Both the position numbers and the translations under genes were made by a program. From positions 72,674 through 136,673 of the forward strand of contig CAIPOI010000008.1 of the NCBI GenBank assembly GCA_903866625.1: a stretch of DNA of 64,000 nt, given 5' to 3'. Below, in pieces: positions 1 through 9,021 of this stretch; position 1 is the first letter of the stretch, and every line of letters begins with the position of its first letter. Origin of the DNA: an uncultured archaeon (lineage in GTDB: Archaea; Nanobdellota; Nanobdellia; Pacearchaeales; GW2011-AR1). The notes under the pieces are model-generated. The model did not search any database. It was not told the origin of the DNA and saw nothing but the letters and a program-made list of their open reading frames with translations.

Positions 1-146
1 CTCCTGAAGAACACGCTCAAAGAATTGAAAAAGTTAAAACAACTGTTAGTGCTAGTGTTATAACTTTGTTAGTTGCTTCTATAGTTTTGGTTTTGGCCAT
101 AATAATTTTGATTATTCTGAGGTTGAGAAAGTCAAATAATAATTAG
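1..146 (+). CDS. 3' end of a surface-protein gene that begins upstream of the window (C-terminal TM anchor plus basic tail); paralog of 12707..15622
   Basis: Frame 3 reads ..PEEHAQRIEKVKTTVSASVITLLVASIVLVLAIIILIILRLRKSNNN with stop TAG at 144-146. nt 1-101 match 15447-15547 with 2 mismatches by eye. Confidence 0.8.
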   Translation, partial: PEEHAQRIEKVKTTVSASVITLLVASIVLVLAIIILIILRLRKSNNN

Positions 147-195
147 AAATTCAAGAGTTAGTAACTCTTAAAAACTATCTTTTTCTAAGTTTAAT

Positions 196-912
196 ATGTT
201 ATACCTAATTGGTCTTGGACTTAATTTGAATGGAATAAGCAAAGAAGGGCTTAGTGCTATTGATAAATGTGATAAAGTTTATCTTGAAGCATATACTGTT
301 GAGTTCCCTTATACTCTAGAACAACTTTCTGAAAATCTCGGAAAGAAGATTGAAAAACTTGATAGAAACGAAGTAGAATCTGATAGATTAGTAAAAGAAG
401 CTAAAAAACAAAATATTGCTTTGTTGGTTTATGGTTGTCCTTTATTTGCTACGACTCATCAAACAATTTTAGAAGATGCTTCTAAGCAGAAAGTAAAGAT
501 TAAGGTTATTTATGCAGCAAGTGTATTCGACGCTATTGCTGAAACAGGTTTACAACTTTACAAATTTGGAAAGGTAACAAGTATGCCTGCTTGGAAAAAG
601 AATTTTAGTCCGGATAGTTTTCTCGAGATTGTAAAAGAAAATCAATCAATTAAGGCTCACTCTTTAATTCTCGTTGATATAGGCTTGGGTTTTAGCGATG
701 CTCTTAATCAACTTAAAATAAGCTTAAAGAATAAGAAGATGAATTTTGACAAGATTGTTATTTGTTCTAATCTTGGCGGGGAAAACTCTAAAATTATCTA
801 TAGTTTTTTAGAAAGTTTAGAAAAAAACAAAAAAATATCTGCACCCTATTGTTTTATTATTCCGGCAGAATTACATTTTGTTGAAAAAGAAGCTTTAAGC
901 AGGTTTGAATAG
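196..912 (+). CDS. dph5: Diphthine synthase (Dph5)
   Basis: N-terminus MLYLIGLGL, then ..YLEAYT.. and ..GCPLFATTH.., matching the tetrapyrrole-methylase-fold pattern of archaeal diphthine synthases. 238 aa. Confidence 0.85.
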   Translation: MLYLIGLGLNLNGISKEGLSAIDKCDKVYLEAYTVEFPYTLEQLSENLGKKIEKLDRNEVESDRLVKEAKKQNIALLVYGCPLFATTHQTILEDASKQKVKIKVIYAASVFDAIAETGLQLYKFGKVTSMPAWKKNFSPDSFLEIVKENQSIKAHSLILVDIGLGFSDALNQLKISLKNKKMNFDKIVICSNLGGENSKIIYSFLESLEKNKKISAPYCFIIPAELHFVEKEALSRFE

Positions 913-1122
913 TTTTGATTCAAAATATCCAAATTCTTTTAGTTCTCGGTAAAGAATAAGCTCTGCTTTTTCTGCTTCGAGGGTAGTATATCTTATTCCA
1001 TGAGTTTTACACCAAACTCTGTCATTTAAAACGTCTACTAATAATTTTGTAAGTTCTGCTCTTTTTTCAGGGTTTAATCTTCTAATCTCCTCTTCTAATA
1101 CTGCTTTTTGCAATTCTTGCAT
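895..1122 (-). CDS. Hypothetical small protein (75 aa), convergent with dph5 and overlapping its 3' end by 18 nt
   Basis: Intact ATG ORF in an AT-rich genome. TATA-like box in the 1123-1172 spacer. No motif recognised. Confidence 0.4.
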   Translation of the reverse strand: MQELQKAVLEEEIRRLNPEKRAELTKLLVDVLNDRVWCKTHGIRYTTLEAEKAELILYRELKEFGYFESKLFKPA

Positions 1123-1172
1123 TTATACTATAGTGTAAGAAAGTTTAAAAATACTCACACCTTGGATTTATT

Positions 1173-1253
1173 ATGGCAAAAGAAAGATTCGAAAGCATAA
1201 GAATTAACTTAGCCATAACTATAATTAGTATTATTACAATTATTATAGCCTAA
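1173..1253 (+). CDS. Possible 26-aa hydrophobic micro-ORF (MAKERFESIRINLAITIISIITIIIA)
   Basis: ATG lies about 25 nt downstream of the TATA-like AGTTTAAAAATAC (1142-1154), which is leaderless spacing. Charged N-terminus followed by one TM-length hydrophobic stretch. Below the ORF-track cutoff. Confidence 0.2.
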   Translation: MAKERFESIRINLAITIISIITIIIA

Positions 1254-1286
1254 GGCAAGCTGTTTTCTGGCTTGCTGAACTTTACA

Positions 1287-1715
1287 ATGAGTTTAGCTGC
1301 TGATACCTGTGTTGGAAGAGAAAGAGAGACTCTTTATAGAGAGTTATCTAGACTTTCAACTCGAGATGGTAAACCAGTTCTACCTTCTGCGAGAAGTGAT
1401 TCTGAAAAATTAGGGATATTTAAGATGTTTTTGGAGCATAGACTTTATACTGCTGCAAGATTTTATGCAGATTCGTTATTGTCCGAGGATTTTCCAGATG
1501 GAAAAAGAGTTCCAATTACCAGTATAAGATATCATGCTTTTGAATATTTTGATTCTTTGAGGCTGAATGGACATGCAAATGATAGAATAGAAATGGCTTT
1601 TTTATTTGAGGAACCTTATTTGTTTCATCTGTGGTTAGATAAAATTGAAGAAGCGGATTATTTAAATTTAAAAAGAACTCACCACAAGCTTAATAAACAA
1701 AAAAACCGAGGATAA
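1287..1715 (+). CDS. Hypothetical protein (142 aa from the first ATG; the track ORF starts at TTG 1272)
   Basis: Long ORF with atypical composition for this genome (R/L/D/E-rich, Lys/Asn-poor). No family recognised. Confidence 0.55.
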   Translation: MSLAADTCVGRERETLYRELSRLSTRDGKPVLPSARSDSEKLGIFKMFLEHRLYTAARFYADSLLSEDFPDGKRVPITSIRYHAFEYFDSLRLNGHANDRIEMAFLFEEPYLFHLWLDKIEEADYLNLKRTHHKLNKQKNRG

Positions 1716-1733
1716 AGCATAAAAGAGATAAAA

Positions 1734-4577
1734 ATGGCAACAATTGATGAGAACGAAAGGCAGATACTAGAATTTTGGAAGAAAAATAAAACTTTTCAAA
1801 AATCTCTTGATAAAACAAAAAAGTCAAAACCTTATATTTTTTATGATGGTCCCCCATTTGCTACTGGATTGCCTCACTATGGTCATTTACTTGGTTCTAT
1901 AACTAAGGATGTATTTGGTAGATTCTGGACTATGAATAATAGATATGTTCGAAGAGTTTGGGGTTGGGATTGTCATGGTTTACCTATTGAAAATATAGCT
2001 GAGAAGGGCTTGGGCATAAATTCTAAGGACGAGATTGAAAAAATGGGTGTAGCTAAATTTAATGCTTATTGTAGAAGTAAAGTTTTAGGTTATGTGGATG
2101 ATTGGAAAAAGGTTATTGAAAGAATTGGAAGATGGGTAGATATGGATAGTTCTTATAAGACTATGGATAATGAATACATTGAAAGCGTTTGGTGGGCATT
2201 TAAACAGCTTTATGATAAAGGTTATCTTTACGAAGGTGAAAAAATATTAATGTACTGTCCAAGATGTTCGACTCCTCTTGCTAAAGCCGAAGTTGCAATG
2301 GATAATTCTTATAAAAAGATTAAAGATGAAACTATTGTAGTTAAATTTAAACTGAAAAAACAAGACGGATTTATTTTAGCTTGGACTACTACACCCTGGA
2401 CTTTACCTTCTAATCTGGCTCTTGCTGTAAATCCAAGGCTAAAATATGTTTATGTAAAAGATAAAACTGATAAAAATATTTATATCCTCGCTAAAGACTT
2501 ACTTTCTAAATATTACAAAGATGTTTCTCAATATGAATTAAAGAAAGAAGTTTCTGGAAAAGAGTTGGAGGGTTTAGAATATGAACCCCTATTTCCTTAT
2601 TTTAAGGATAATAAGAATTCTTTTAAGATTCTTTTGGGAGATTTTGTAACTGAAGAAGATGGAACTGGAATAGTTCACATGGCTCCTGCTTTTGGAGAAG
2701 ATGATTATAATCTTTGTAAGAAATATAAGATTTCTATAGTTCAACCAGTAGACGAAAAAGGTTGTTTTACTAAGGAGATTAGTGATTTTTCAGGAAGATA
2801 TGTGCATGATGTAAATACAGATATAATAATATTTTTGAAGAAGCTTGGAAAAATTATCTCGGTTAAAAAAGTTGAGCATGAATACCCTTTTTGTTATCGT
2901 TGTGACACTAAATTAATTTATCGAGCTATTCCGGCATGGTTTGTTAATATTGAAAAGGTTAAACCTAAACTACTTAAGTTAAACGAGAAACTTAATTGGC
3001 ATCCAGACTTCTTAAAAGATGGTAGAGTTAAATACACTTTTGAAACTGCTCCTGATTGGAATATTTCTAGAAACAGATATTGGGCTACAGCAATGCCAAT
3101 CTGGAAATCCGTCGAAGGAGATTTATTAGTTGTTGGAAGCATTGAAGAACTAAAGAAATATGCTAAGAATCTTGGAAACAAACAAATAGACTTGCATAAA
3201 GATTTTCTTGATGAGATTGTTCTTGTTAAAAACAAAAAAGAATATAAAAGAATACCTGAAGTTTTAGATTGCTGGTTTGAATCTGGAAGCATGACTTTTG
3301 CTCAGTTTCACTATCCTTTTGAGAATAAAGATTTATTCAAAAAGAGTTTTCCAGCACAATTTGTTGCAGAATATATTGGACAGGTAAGAGCTTGGTTTTA
3401 TTATATGCTGGTTTTATCTACAATTTTATTTGAAGATATTCCTTTTGAAAATGTGGTTACAACCGGAACTATTCTTGCAGAAGATGGACAAAAAATGAGT
3501 AAAAGTAAGAATAATTTTACAGATCCTATGATTCTTATAAATAAATATGGAGTTGATGCTCTTAGGTTTTATTTAATGTCTAATCCTGTAATGAACGCAG
3601 ATAATGTTAACTTTTCAGATAAAAATGTTGATGAAATCTATAAGAAAGTTTTAGTTTTGCTTTACAATGTAAATAATTTTTATGGTTTGTATAAAAATAT
3701 TAAGTCAACTAAAAAAATAGAAAGTAAAAATTTATTGGATAAATGGATAATTTCTCAAGTTGAGCAGTTAAACAAAAATGTTGAGAAGTATCTTAAGGAA
3801 TACAATACCATTAAAGCCTGCGAAGAAATAAGGGTTTTTGTAGATGAACTTTCTACTTGGTATGTTAGAGCTAGCAGAGATAGATTTAATGAAGGAGATA
3901 AGGATGCGAAAACTACTTTAGAATATGTTTTAAAAAAGGTTTCGATTATAATCGCCCCAATAATTCCATTTGTAGCAGAAATTATTCATCAAAATGTTGT
4001 AGAACAAGGTTCGGTTCACTTAGAAGATTGGTCTAAGACTGAAACTAAATTTATTGATATTAAGCTAGAAGAAAAAATGAAACTAGTTAGAGATATAACT
4101 TCTTTGGCTTTAAAGGAAAGAGATAATGTAAAAATTGCTTTGAAACAACCTTTATCAAAACTCGAAGTAACTAATGCAGATATTCCTAAGGAACTTTTTG
4201 AACTTATCTCTCAAGAGACTAATGTAAAAAAAGTAGAATTAAAACCTTCAAAAGATAAAGAGAACAAAGAAATATTTGTTTGTTTAGATACAAAAATCAC
4301 TCCAGAACTTGAAGCAGAAGGTTTTGCACGTGAAATTTCAAGAAAAGTTCAAGGAATGAGAAAGGAGAAAGGTATGGTTAAGGAAGATATTATAGAACTT
4401 GTTATAGTCTCTGAAGATTTATTAAAGTCTCTGAATGATATGAAAAAGTTTATTCAAGAAAGAACTAATTCTAAATCTATAGAATTGCTTTCTAAAAAGC
4501 CAAATAAGAAATTTTTTGCAGAGTCTAAGGAAAAAATCAAAGATAAAGAAATAGAAATCTATTTTAATAAGTTGTAA
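1734..4577 (+). CDS. ileS: Isoleucyl-tRNA synthetase
   Basis: Class I HIGH-type motif (PHYGH), KMSKS, a CP1 editing-domain-sized insert, 947 aa. N-terminal pattern ..YDGPPFATGLPHYGHLL.. is typical of archaeal/eukaryotic IleRS. Confidence 0.97.
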   Translation: MATIDENERQILEFWKKNKTFQKSLDKTKKSKPYIFYDGPPFATGLPHYGHLLGSITKDVFGRFWTMNNRYVRRVWGWDCHGLPIENIAEKGLGINSKDEIEKMGVAKFNAYCRSKVLGYVDDWKKVIERIGRWVDMDSSYKTMDNEYIESVWWAFKQLYDKGYLYEGEKILMYCPRCSTPLAKAEVAMDNSYKKIKDETIVVKFKLKKQDGFILAWTTTPWTLPSNLALAVNPRLKYVYVKDKTDKNIYILAKDLLSKYYKDVSQYELKKEVSGKELEGLEYEPLFPYFKDNKNSFKILLGDFVTEEDGTGIVHMAPAFGEDDYNLCKKYKISIVQPVDEKGCFTKEISDFSGRYVHDVNTDIIIFLKKLGKIISVKKVEHEYPFCYRCDTKLIYRAIPAWFVNIEKVKPKLLKLNEKLNWHPDFLKDGRVKYTFETAPDWNISRNRYWATAMPIWKSVEGDLLVVGSIEELKKYAKNLGNKQIDLHKDFLDEIVLVKNKKEYKRIPEVLDCWFESGSMTFAQFHYPFENKDLFKKSFPAQFVAEYIGQVRAWFYYMLVLSTILFEDIPFENVVTTGTILAEDGQKMSKSKNNFTDPMILINKYGVDALRFYLMSNPVMNADNVNFSDKNVDEIYKKVLVLLYNVNNFYGLYKNIKSTKKIESKNLLDKWIISQVEQLNKNVEKYLKEYNTIKACEEIRVFVDELSTWYVRASRDRFNEGDKDAKTTLEYVLKKVSIIIAPIIPFVAEIIHQNVVEQGSVHLEDWSKTETKFIDIKLEEKMKLVRDITSLALKERDNVKIALKQPLSKLEVTNADIPKELFELISQETNVKKVELKPSKDKENKEIFVCLDTKITPELEAEGFAREISRKVQGMRKEKGMVKEDIIELVIVSEDLLKSLNDMKKFIQERTNSKSIELLSKKPNKKFFAESKEKIKDKEIEIYFNKL

Positions 4578-4759
4578 AATAAAGTAATAACCCTTTATCG
4601 TCTTTATGTTGTAAATTAAAGTAATTAATTTGTTTAGTGAATTTTTTCTTTTATAAATTTACCGACGATAAATTATTCAATGTATATTTACATTCATAAA
4701 AACATTTAAATACCCCGTCAACTTATAGAAATTAATAAAAAAGGTTGATAGACTAAACA

Positions 4760-5563
4760 ATGATAATAAGTGAGGAATTTTTAAGTAGGCTACGAAAGAT
4801 ATTTGATTTGAATTTATATGAAGTTAAAGTCTGGGCTGCTTTACTTTCTCGCGGAATTTCTACTGCAGGAGAATTAAGTAATATTTCTGATGTTCCTCGT
4901 TCAAGAACTTATGATATTCTTGAAAGTTTGGAAAAGAAAGGATTTATTGTAATGAAGCTTGGAAAACCTATCAAGTTTGTTGCTTTAAAACCTGAAGAGG
5001 TAGTTGAAAGAGTTAAAAAAAATCTTGTTAGAGATGCTGCAGAAAAATCAAAGAGACTTGAAAAACTTAAGGACGAAGATATACTTAGAGAGTTAACAGG
5101 ATTATTTTCAGAGGGAAGCAAATTTGTTGAACCCGGTGATTTATCTGGAAGCTTGAAGGGGAGACAGAATGTTTACAATCATTTAGATATGCTTTTAAGA
5201 GAAGCAGAAAAATCAGTAATTATCGTTACAACTGCTTCTGGACTTAATAGAAAATTTGAAAATCTTGAACCAAGTTTGGCAAAAGCCCGCAAGAGAGGAG
5301 TTAGAATACAAGTTGCTGCGCCTATAACTGCTGAGAACAAGAAAATAGCTAAAGAGATAAGCAAATATGCTGAAGTCAGAGATACTGATGGATTGAAAGC
5401 AAGATTTGTTATTGTTGATAGTGAACAGTTATTATTTATGGTTCTTGATGATGATAAAGTTCATCCAAACTATGATGTTGCCCTTTGGTTAAATGCATCT
5501 TTCTTTGCTCAGGCATTAGAACAAATGTTTGAGATTGCTTGGAATAAATTCAAGAAGATTTAA
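4760..5563 (+). CDS. TrmB-family transcriptional regulator
   Basis: N-terminal winged-helix signature ..YEVKVWAALLSRGISTAGELSNISDVPRSRTYDILESLEKKGF.. followed by a TrmB-type C-terminal domain. Paralog of 37770..38549. Confidence 0.85.
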   Translation: MIISEEFLSRLRKIFDLNLYEVKVWAALLSRGISTAGELSNISDVPRSRTYDILESLEKKGFIVMKLGKPIKFVALKPEEVVERVKKNLVRDAAEKSKRLEKLKDEDILRELTGLFSEGSKFVEPGDLSGSLKGRQNVYNHLDMLLREAEKSVIIVTTASGLNRKFENLEPSLAKARKRGVRIQVAAPITAENKKIAKEISKYAEVRDTDGLKARFVIVDSEQLLFMVLDDDKVHPNYDVALWLNASFFAQALEQMFEIAWNKFKKI

Positions 5564-5571
5564 TTCTCAAA

Positions 5572-6009
5572 ATGTTTTGGAAGGATAAACCTTTATTTTA
5601 TAAGATTTTTTTGATACTTTCTTTTATCTTTCTTGGATTTGGAATAGGGCTTATTATTTTAGAATCTATTTTCTGTTTAATTAATGTTTGTGAGTGGGGC
5701 TTATTTGCTTCAATAGTATTTGGTTTACCTGCTATGGGCATAGGGCTTTTGTTCTTTTTTATTAATCTATTTTTGCTTTGGATTAGAAACAAAAATTCTT
5801 TTTTTGGAAAATCTATTATAATATTTTTTCTGTTATTTTTTAGTTATTTTTTTATTATTTCTAGTTTAGGTATTCTTGAGATTTATCCTTATGCTGCTTG
5901 GAGAATTTTTGGAACTAATTATAATATCCTGATTGAATATTGGGCTCAGATTATAATTGAACTATTTCTGATTATTTTGACATTTATTGCTTGTAAAAAG
6001 TCTGATTAA
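5572..6009 (+). CDS. Polytopic membrane protein, unknown function
   Basis: About four hydrophobic TM-length segments. Starts 9 nt after the TrmB stop. Confidence 0.55.
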   Translation: MFWKDKPLFYKIFLILSFIFLGFGIGLIILESIFCLINVCEWGLFASIVFGLPAMGIGLLFFFINLFLLWIRNKNSFFGKSIIIFFLLFFSYFFIISSLGILEIYPYAAWRIFGTNYNILIEYWAQIIIELFLIILTFIACKKSD

Positions 6010-6015
6010 TAAGAA

Positions 6016-6174
6016 TTATCTCTTTTTTCTTTTAACAATATCTTCAATCGCCATGCGATTAAGAACTTCTTCAAGTTTTGCGATTCTTTTTAATGCAAAA
6101 GCCAACTCATTTTTAACACCTTCTACGTCTTCTTTGGCTCTTTTAAAACTATTGATAATTAATTCTTTGTTCAT
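6016..6174 (-). CDS. Possible small coiled-coil protein (52 aa, MNKELIINSFKRAKEDVEGVKNELAFALKRIAKLEEVLNRMAIEDIVKRKKR)
   Basis: Read by hand on the minus strand, below the track cutoff. Heptad-like charged sequence looks more protein-like than the low-complexity plus-strand ORF 5987..6214 that it overlaps. Confidence 0.35.
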   Translation of the reverse strand: MNKELIINSFKRAKEDVEGVKNELAFALKRIAKLEEVLNRMAIEDIVKRKKR

Positions 6175-6244
6175 GGTTTTTCATGCTTTTTTTAGTATAA
6201 AAGCATTATTGTAAATAAATGATATTATTGAAGGATAGAATATC

Positions 6245-6787
6245 TTATTCTAAAAAAACCGCCAAAGCAACTACGCTTGTCCAGAGACCTTCTTTATTGC
6301 CTTCGGCTGATTGGCTTATGTTGAGAGTTTTGAAAATTTGTCCAGAAGCTTTGTAGGCTTGCTCTCTTTCTTCCCAAGCAAGATTAGAATCAAAACTAAT
6401 CCCAAGAGTTGTTGCTAGCATTGTAGCTGCTAAATCTTCAGCATATTCTCCTGATTTTTCACCTTTTTCGCCAAATGCATGATGTTCTGAGAGATAACCA
6501 TAATTGTTTGCATCTTTGGGGGTTGCTAAACCTATTGAAGAAGAAATTAATCTATTTGGTTCGTTAGTTTCATTTCTTGCTAAAACACAAAAGGTTATCT
6601 GTCCAGCTTTTAGAATTTTTACTCCTTCATCCTTTGGAATTATTTTGCAATTTGGAGGTAAAATTGAAGAAACGGTTACTAAGTTGCATTTTTCAACACC
6701 AGCATCTCTTAATGCAAGTTCAAAAGACGCCAGTTTATCTTTATGAACACCTACTCCTTTTGTCAGAAATATTTTTGTTGCAATCAC
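6245..6787 (-). CDS. pdaD: Pyruvoyl-dependent arginine decarboxylase
   Basis: 180 aa. ..[31 protein letters not shown].. contains the Ser-Ser self-cleavage site typical of PdaD. Confidence 0.9.
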   Translation of the reverse strand: MIATKIFLTKGVGVHKDKLASFELALRDAGVEKCNLVTVSSILPPNCKIIPKDEGVKILKAGQITFCVLARNETNEPNRLISSSIGLATPKDANNYGYLSEHHAFGEKGEKSGEYAEDLAATMLATTLGISFDSNLAWEEREQAYKASGQIFKTLNISQSAEGNKEGLWTSVVALAVFLE

Positions 6788-7009
6788 TTTGTGTTAATCT
6801 ATTTAGTTTGCTTTTCTTTTTAAATATTTGCGTTTTTTGGATTTTTTATTTTGATAATTATTTTTATAATTTTAATCTTCCCTTATTTTAATAATTGTTC
6901 TACTAATTGTTATTTTATTTACAATTGTATAGAGTAGTTTTGTTCAAGATTTGTATTACTTTTTCTATTCAACCTTTTTTCTTTAAATTTAAATACCAAC
7001 AAACTTTAT

Positions 7010-7630
7010 ATGTTTATGAGAGAATTTATTTTATTAGCACTAAAAGCACCAACATCTGAATTTGATATAAACAATTTAAAAGAAGCTGGAAGAATGGATA
7101 CAGTTTGCAGAACGATTAGTAATGCTATGTTTGTTTCTATGCATTTAAGAAATGATACGAATATTCATGTTTGTTTGAATGGGCCGAGTGATTCTCCAAA
7201 AATTGTAAGTTTCTATGGAGAAAGTTTGGTTGGTATGGATTTTGATGAAAAAGCTATAGCTGAAGTTATAAATAATGCACTTATCCTTGGAAAAAATCTT
7301 GCTCTTGGAGAAGAAAAAGAAGTTCAATTGGGAGTTAAGGTAAGCAAAAAAGCTTTTGAAACCTTAGTTAAAGAAAAATCTGAAGAAAAAAATACTATGC
7401 TTTTTTATTTAGATGAGAAAGGAGAGGATATAAGAGAATTTAGGTTTGGTTTAGGAAAAGATAAAAATAATGTGTTTATTCTTGGAGATTTTAAAGGAGT
7501 TCCAAAGAATACTGAAAAGCTTCTTAAGCGTCTTGAAGCAAAAAAACTTATCCTCGGGCCTGTTATGCTTTTTGCTTCTCATTGTCCGATTATTGTGCAT
7601 AATGAGTTGGATAGAAGAGAGTATGGGTGA
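7010..7630 (+). CDS. trmY: tRNA (pseudouridine54-N1)-methyltransferase TrmY (SPOUT, DUF358-type)
   Basis: MREFILLALKAPTS..DINNLKEAGRMDTVCRTISNAMFVS.. and C-terminal ..LGPVMLFASHCPIIVHNELD resemble the Mj1640/TrmY pattern from memory. True start may be the second ATG at 7016. Confidence 0.75.
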   Translation: MFMREFILLALKAPTSEFDINNLKEAGRMDTVCRTISNAMFVSMHLRNDTNIHVCLNGPSDSPKIVSFYGESLVGMDFDEKAIAEVINNALILGKNLALGEEKEVQLGVKVSKKAFETLVKEKSEEKNTMLFYLDEKGEDIREFRFGLGKDKNNVFILGDFKGVPKNTEKLLKRLEAKKLILGPVMLFASHCPIIVHNELDRREYG

Positions 7631-7634
7631 TTAT

Positions 7635-8942
7635 TTAATTCTTAACAATTTCACCAATCATACTATGAACACCTATTTGCTTAATCTTGACATCTAGTTC
7701 TTTACCAAGATTTTCTTTTGTTGTTGGAACAACAATTATATTGTAATTTTCATCTCTGGCTCGATAAAGTTGCTCTGATATTTTTTCATTAATGAAGACT
7801 TTAATTTCTTTTCCTAAAAATTTATTCTTGTTTTCTTTTGCTGTTATTTTGTGAGCTTCCATTAGTTCGCTTGCTCGCTTGTTTATTAGTTTTCCTGGCA
7901 AGACCTTTAATTTTCCAGCTTTAGTTTGTTTATGGCTGGAAAATTTACTTAGATTAAAGACATCTGGCTTAAACTTATTTATAAATTCCAGATTTTTTTT
8001 GTGATCCTCTTCTGTTTCGGTTGGATAACCTACAATAATATCAGTTGCAATCGTAATATCTGGAAAAACCTTTCTAAACTCAACTATTATTTTTTCAGTT
8101 TTTTCAATAGTATAAAAACGATTCATATCTTTCAATACTTTATTCGAGGCTGATTGAATTGGAATATGTAGGAATTTATACATCTTTTTATCTTTGTAGA
8201 TTTCAATAAGCTCTTTTAAGATAGGAAGGACATTATTTGGGTCCATCATTCCAAGCCTTAGTTTAAATTTATGCTTTAATTCTAAAATATTTTTTAAAAG
8301 TTCTGGAAGTTCGTGTTGCTTTTCCTTTTTATCCATACTATAGCTTGCGTTGTCTTGAGAGGTTATCCAAAGTTCTTTGGCTCCTGCTTGCAAATCACTT
8401 TCTATACTTTTTAGTATTTCTTCTTTAGTATAACTAACTAAATTCTTTTTAGCAAGTTTTGTTTTACAATAGGTACAATTGCCTAAACATCCTTCGGATA
8501 TTTGATGAATAGATATGAGTTTATTCTGAGGTATTTTTGGGAGATTTAGTTTTACTTCACCATTACAGGAAAGATAAGACTGTTGTTTTTTTTCGTCCAG
8601 TTTGTTTTCATTTATGTCTCGAATAATATTCTTTACATCCTTGAAATGATTTGTTCCAAGAAAAACTAAATCTCGCTTGATTTTTTTCAATTTTTTGAAA
8701 TCAGTTTCAGGCATGCATCCTGCAAGGATTATTTTTTTTGACTTAAGATCTTGGATTCTTCTTTTTATTTTTGATTCAGTCTTGCTTTTTACTACGCAAC
8801 TATTTATTATAATTAAATCAGCTAGGTCTATATTATTTGTTATTATGAAACCCGCTTGGCTTAGGATTCCTGCTAAAATTTCAGAATTATTTTGATTAGC
8901 CGAGCACCCGTATGTTTCAATATAAATTGTTTTTATTTCCAT
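7635..8942 (-). CDS. Archaeal MiaB-like methylthiotransferase (MtaB/CDKAL1 type, ms2t6A)
   Basis: N-terminal MTTase domain (IETYGCSANQ), radical-SAM cluster motif CLGNCTYC, C-terminal TRAM-like domain. 435 aa. Confidence 0.9.
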   Translation of the reverse strand: MEIKTIYIETYGCSANQNNSEILAGILSQAGFIITNNIDLADLIIINSCVVKSKTESKIKRRIQDLKSKKIILAGCMPETDFKKLKKIKRDLVFLGTNHFKDVKNIIRDINENKLDEKKQQSYLSCNGEVKLNLPKIPQNKLISIHQISEGCLGNCTYCKTKLAKKNLVSYTKEEILKSIESDLQAGAKELWITSQDNASYSMDKKEKQHELPELLKNILELKHKFKLRLGMMDPNNVLPILKELIEIYKDKKMYKFLHIPIQSASNKVLKDMNRFYTIEKTEKIIVEFRKVFPDITIATDIIVGYPTETEEDHKKNLEFINKFKPDVFNLSKFSSHKQTKAGKLKVLPGKLINKRASELMEAHKITAKENKNKFLGKEIKVFINEKISEQLYRARDENYNIIVVPTTKENLGKELDVKIKQIGVHSMIGEIVKN

Positions 8943-9021
8943 AGGATTATTTATTTTAGGGAGCTTATAAATATACTCTAGAATAGAAGAGTTTTTAAAA
9001 CCTAAATCTCTCTAAGAGGTT

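Noticed and set aside
2918-3292. 124-aa minus-strand ORF inside ileS. The same class includes 4909..5121, 5179..5364, 5598..5792, 6504..6891, 7145..7327, 8677..8895, 15209..15466, 29426..29626, 33612..33800, 35306..35739, 36139..36333, 37825..38136, 46546..46740, 47185..47484, 48758..48973, 51951..52136, 53465..53722, 54397..54585, 57783..58229, 59101..59451, 60157..60369 and 60550..60867.
   Set aside because: All lie antisense to, or out of frame within, genes with strong motif support. They have Ser/Leu/Phe/Ile-rich low-complexity translations typical of shadow ORFs and have no promoter or RBS context.
5987-6214. 75-aa plus-strand ORF after the membrane-protein gene.
   Set aside because: The translation is low complexity, and it overlaps a more protein-like minus-strand 52-codon ORF (6016..6174). 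Neither is certain, so I list only the latter, at low confidence.
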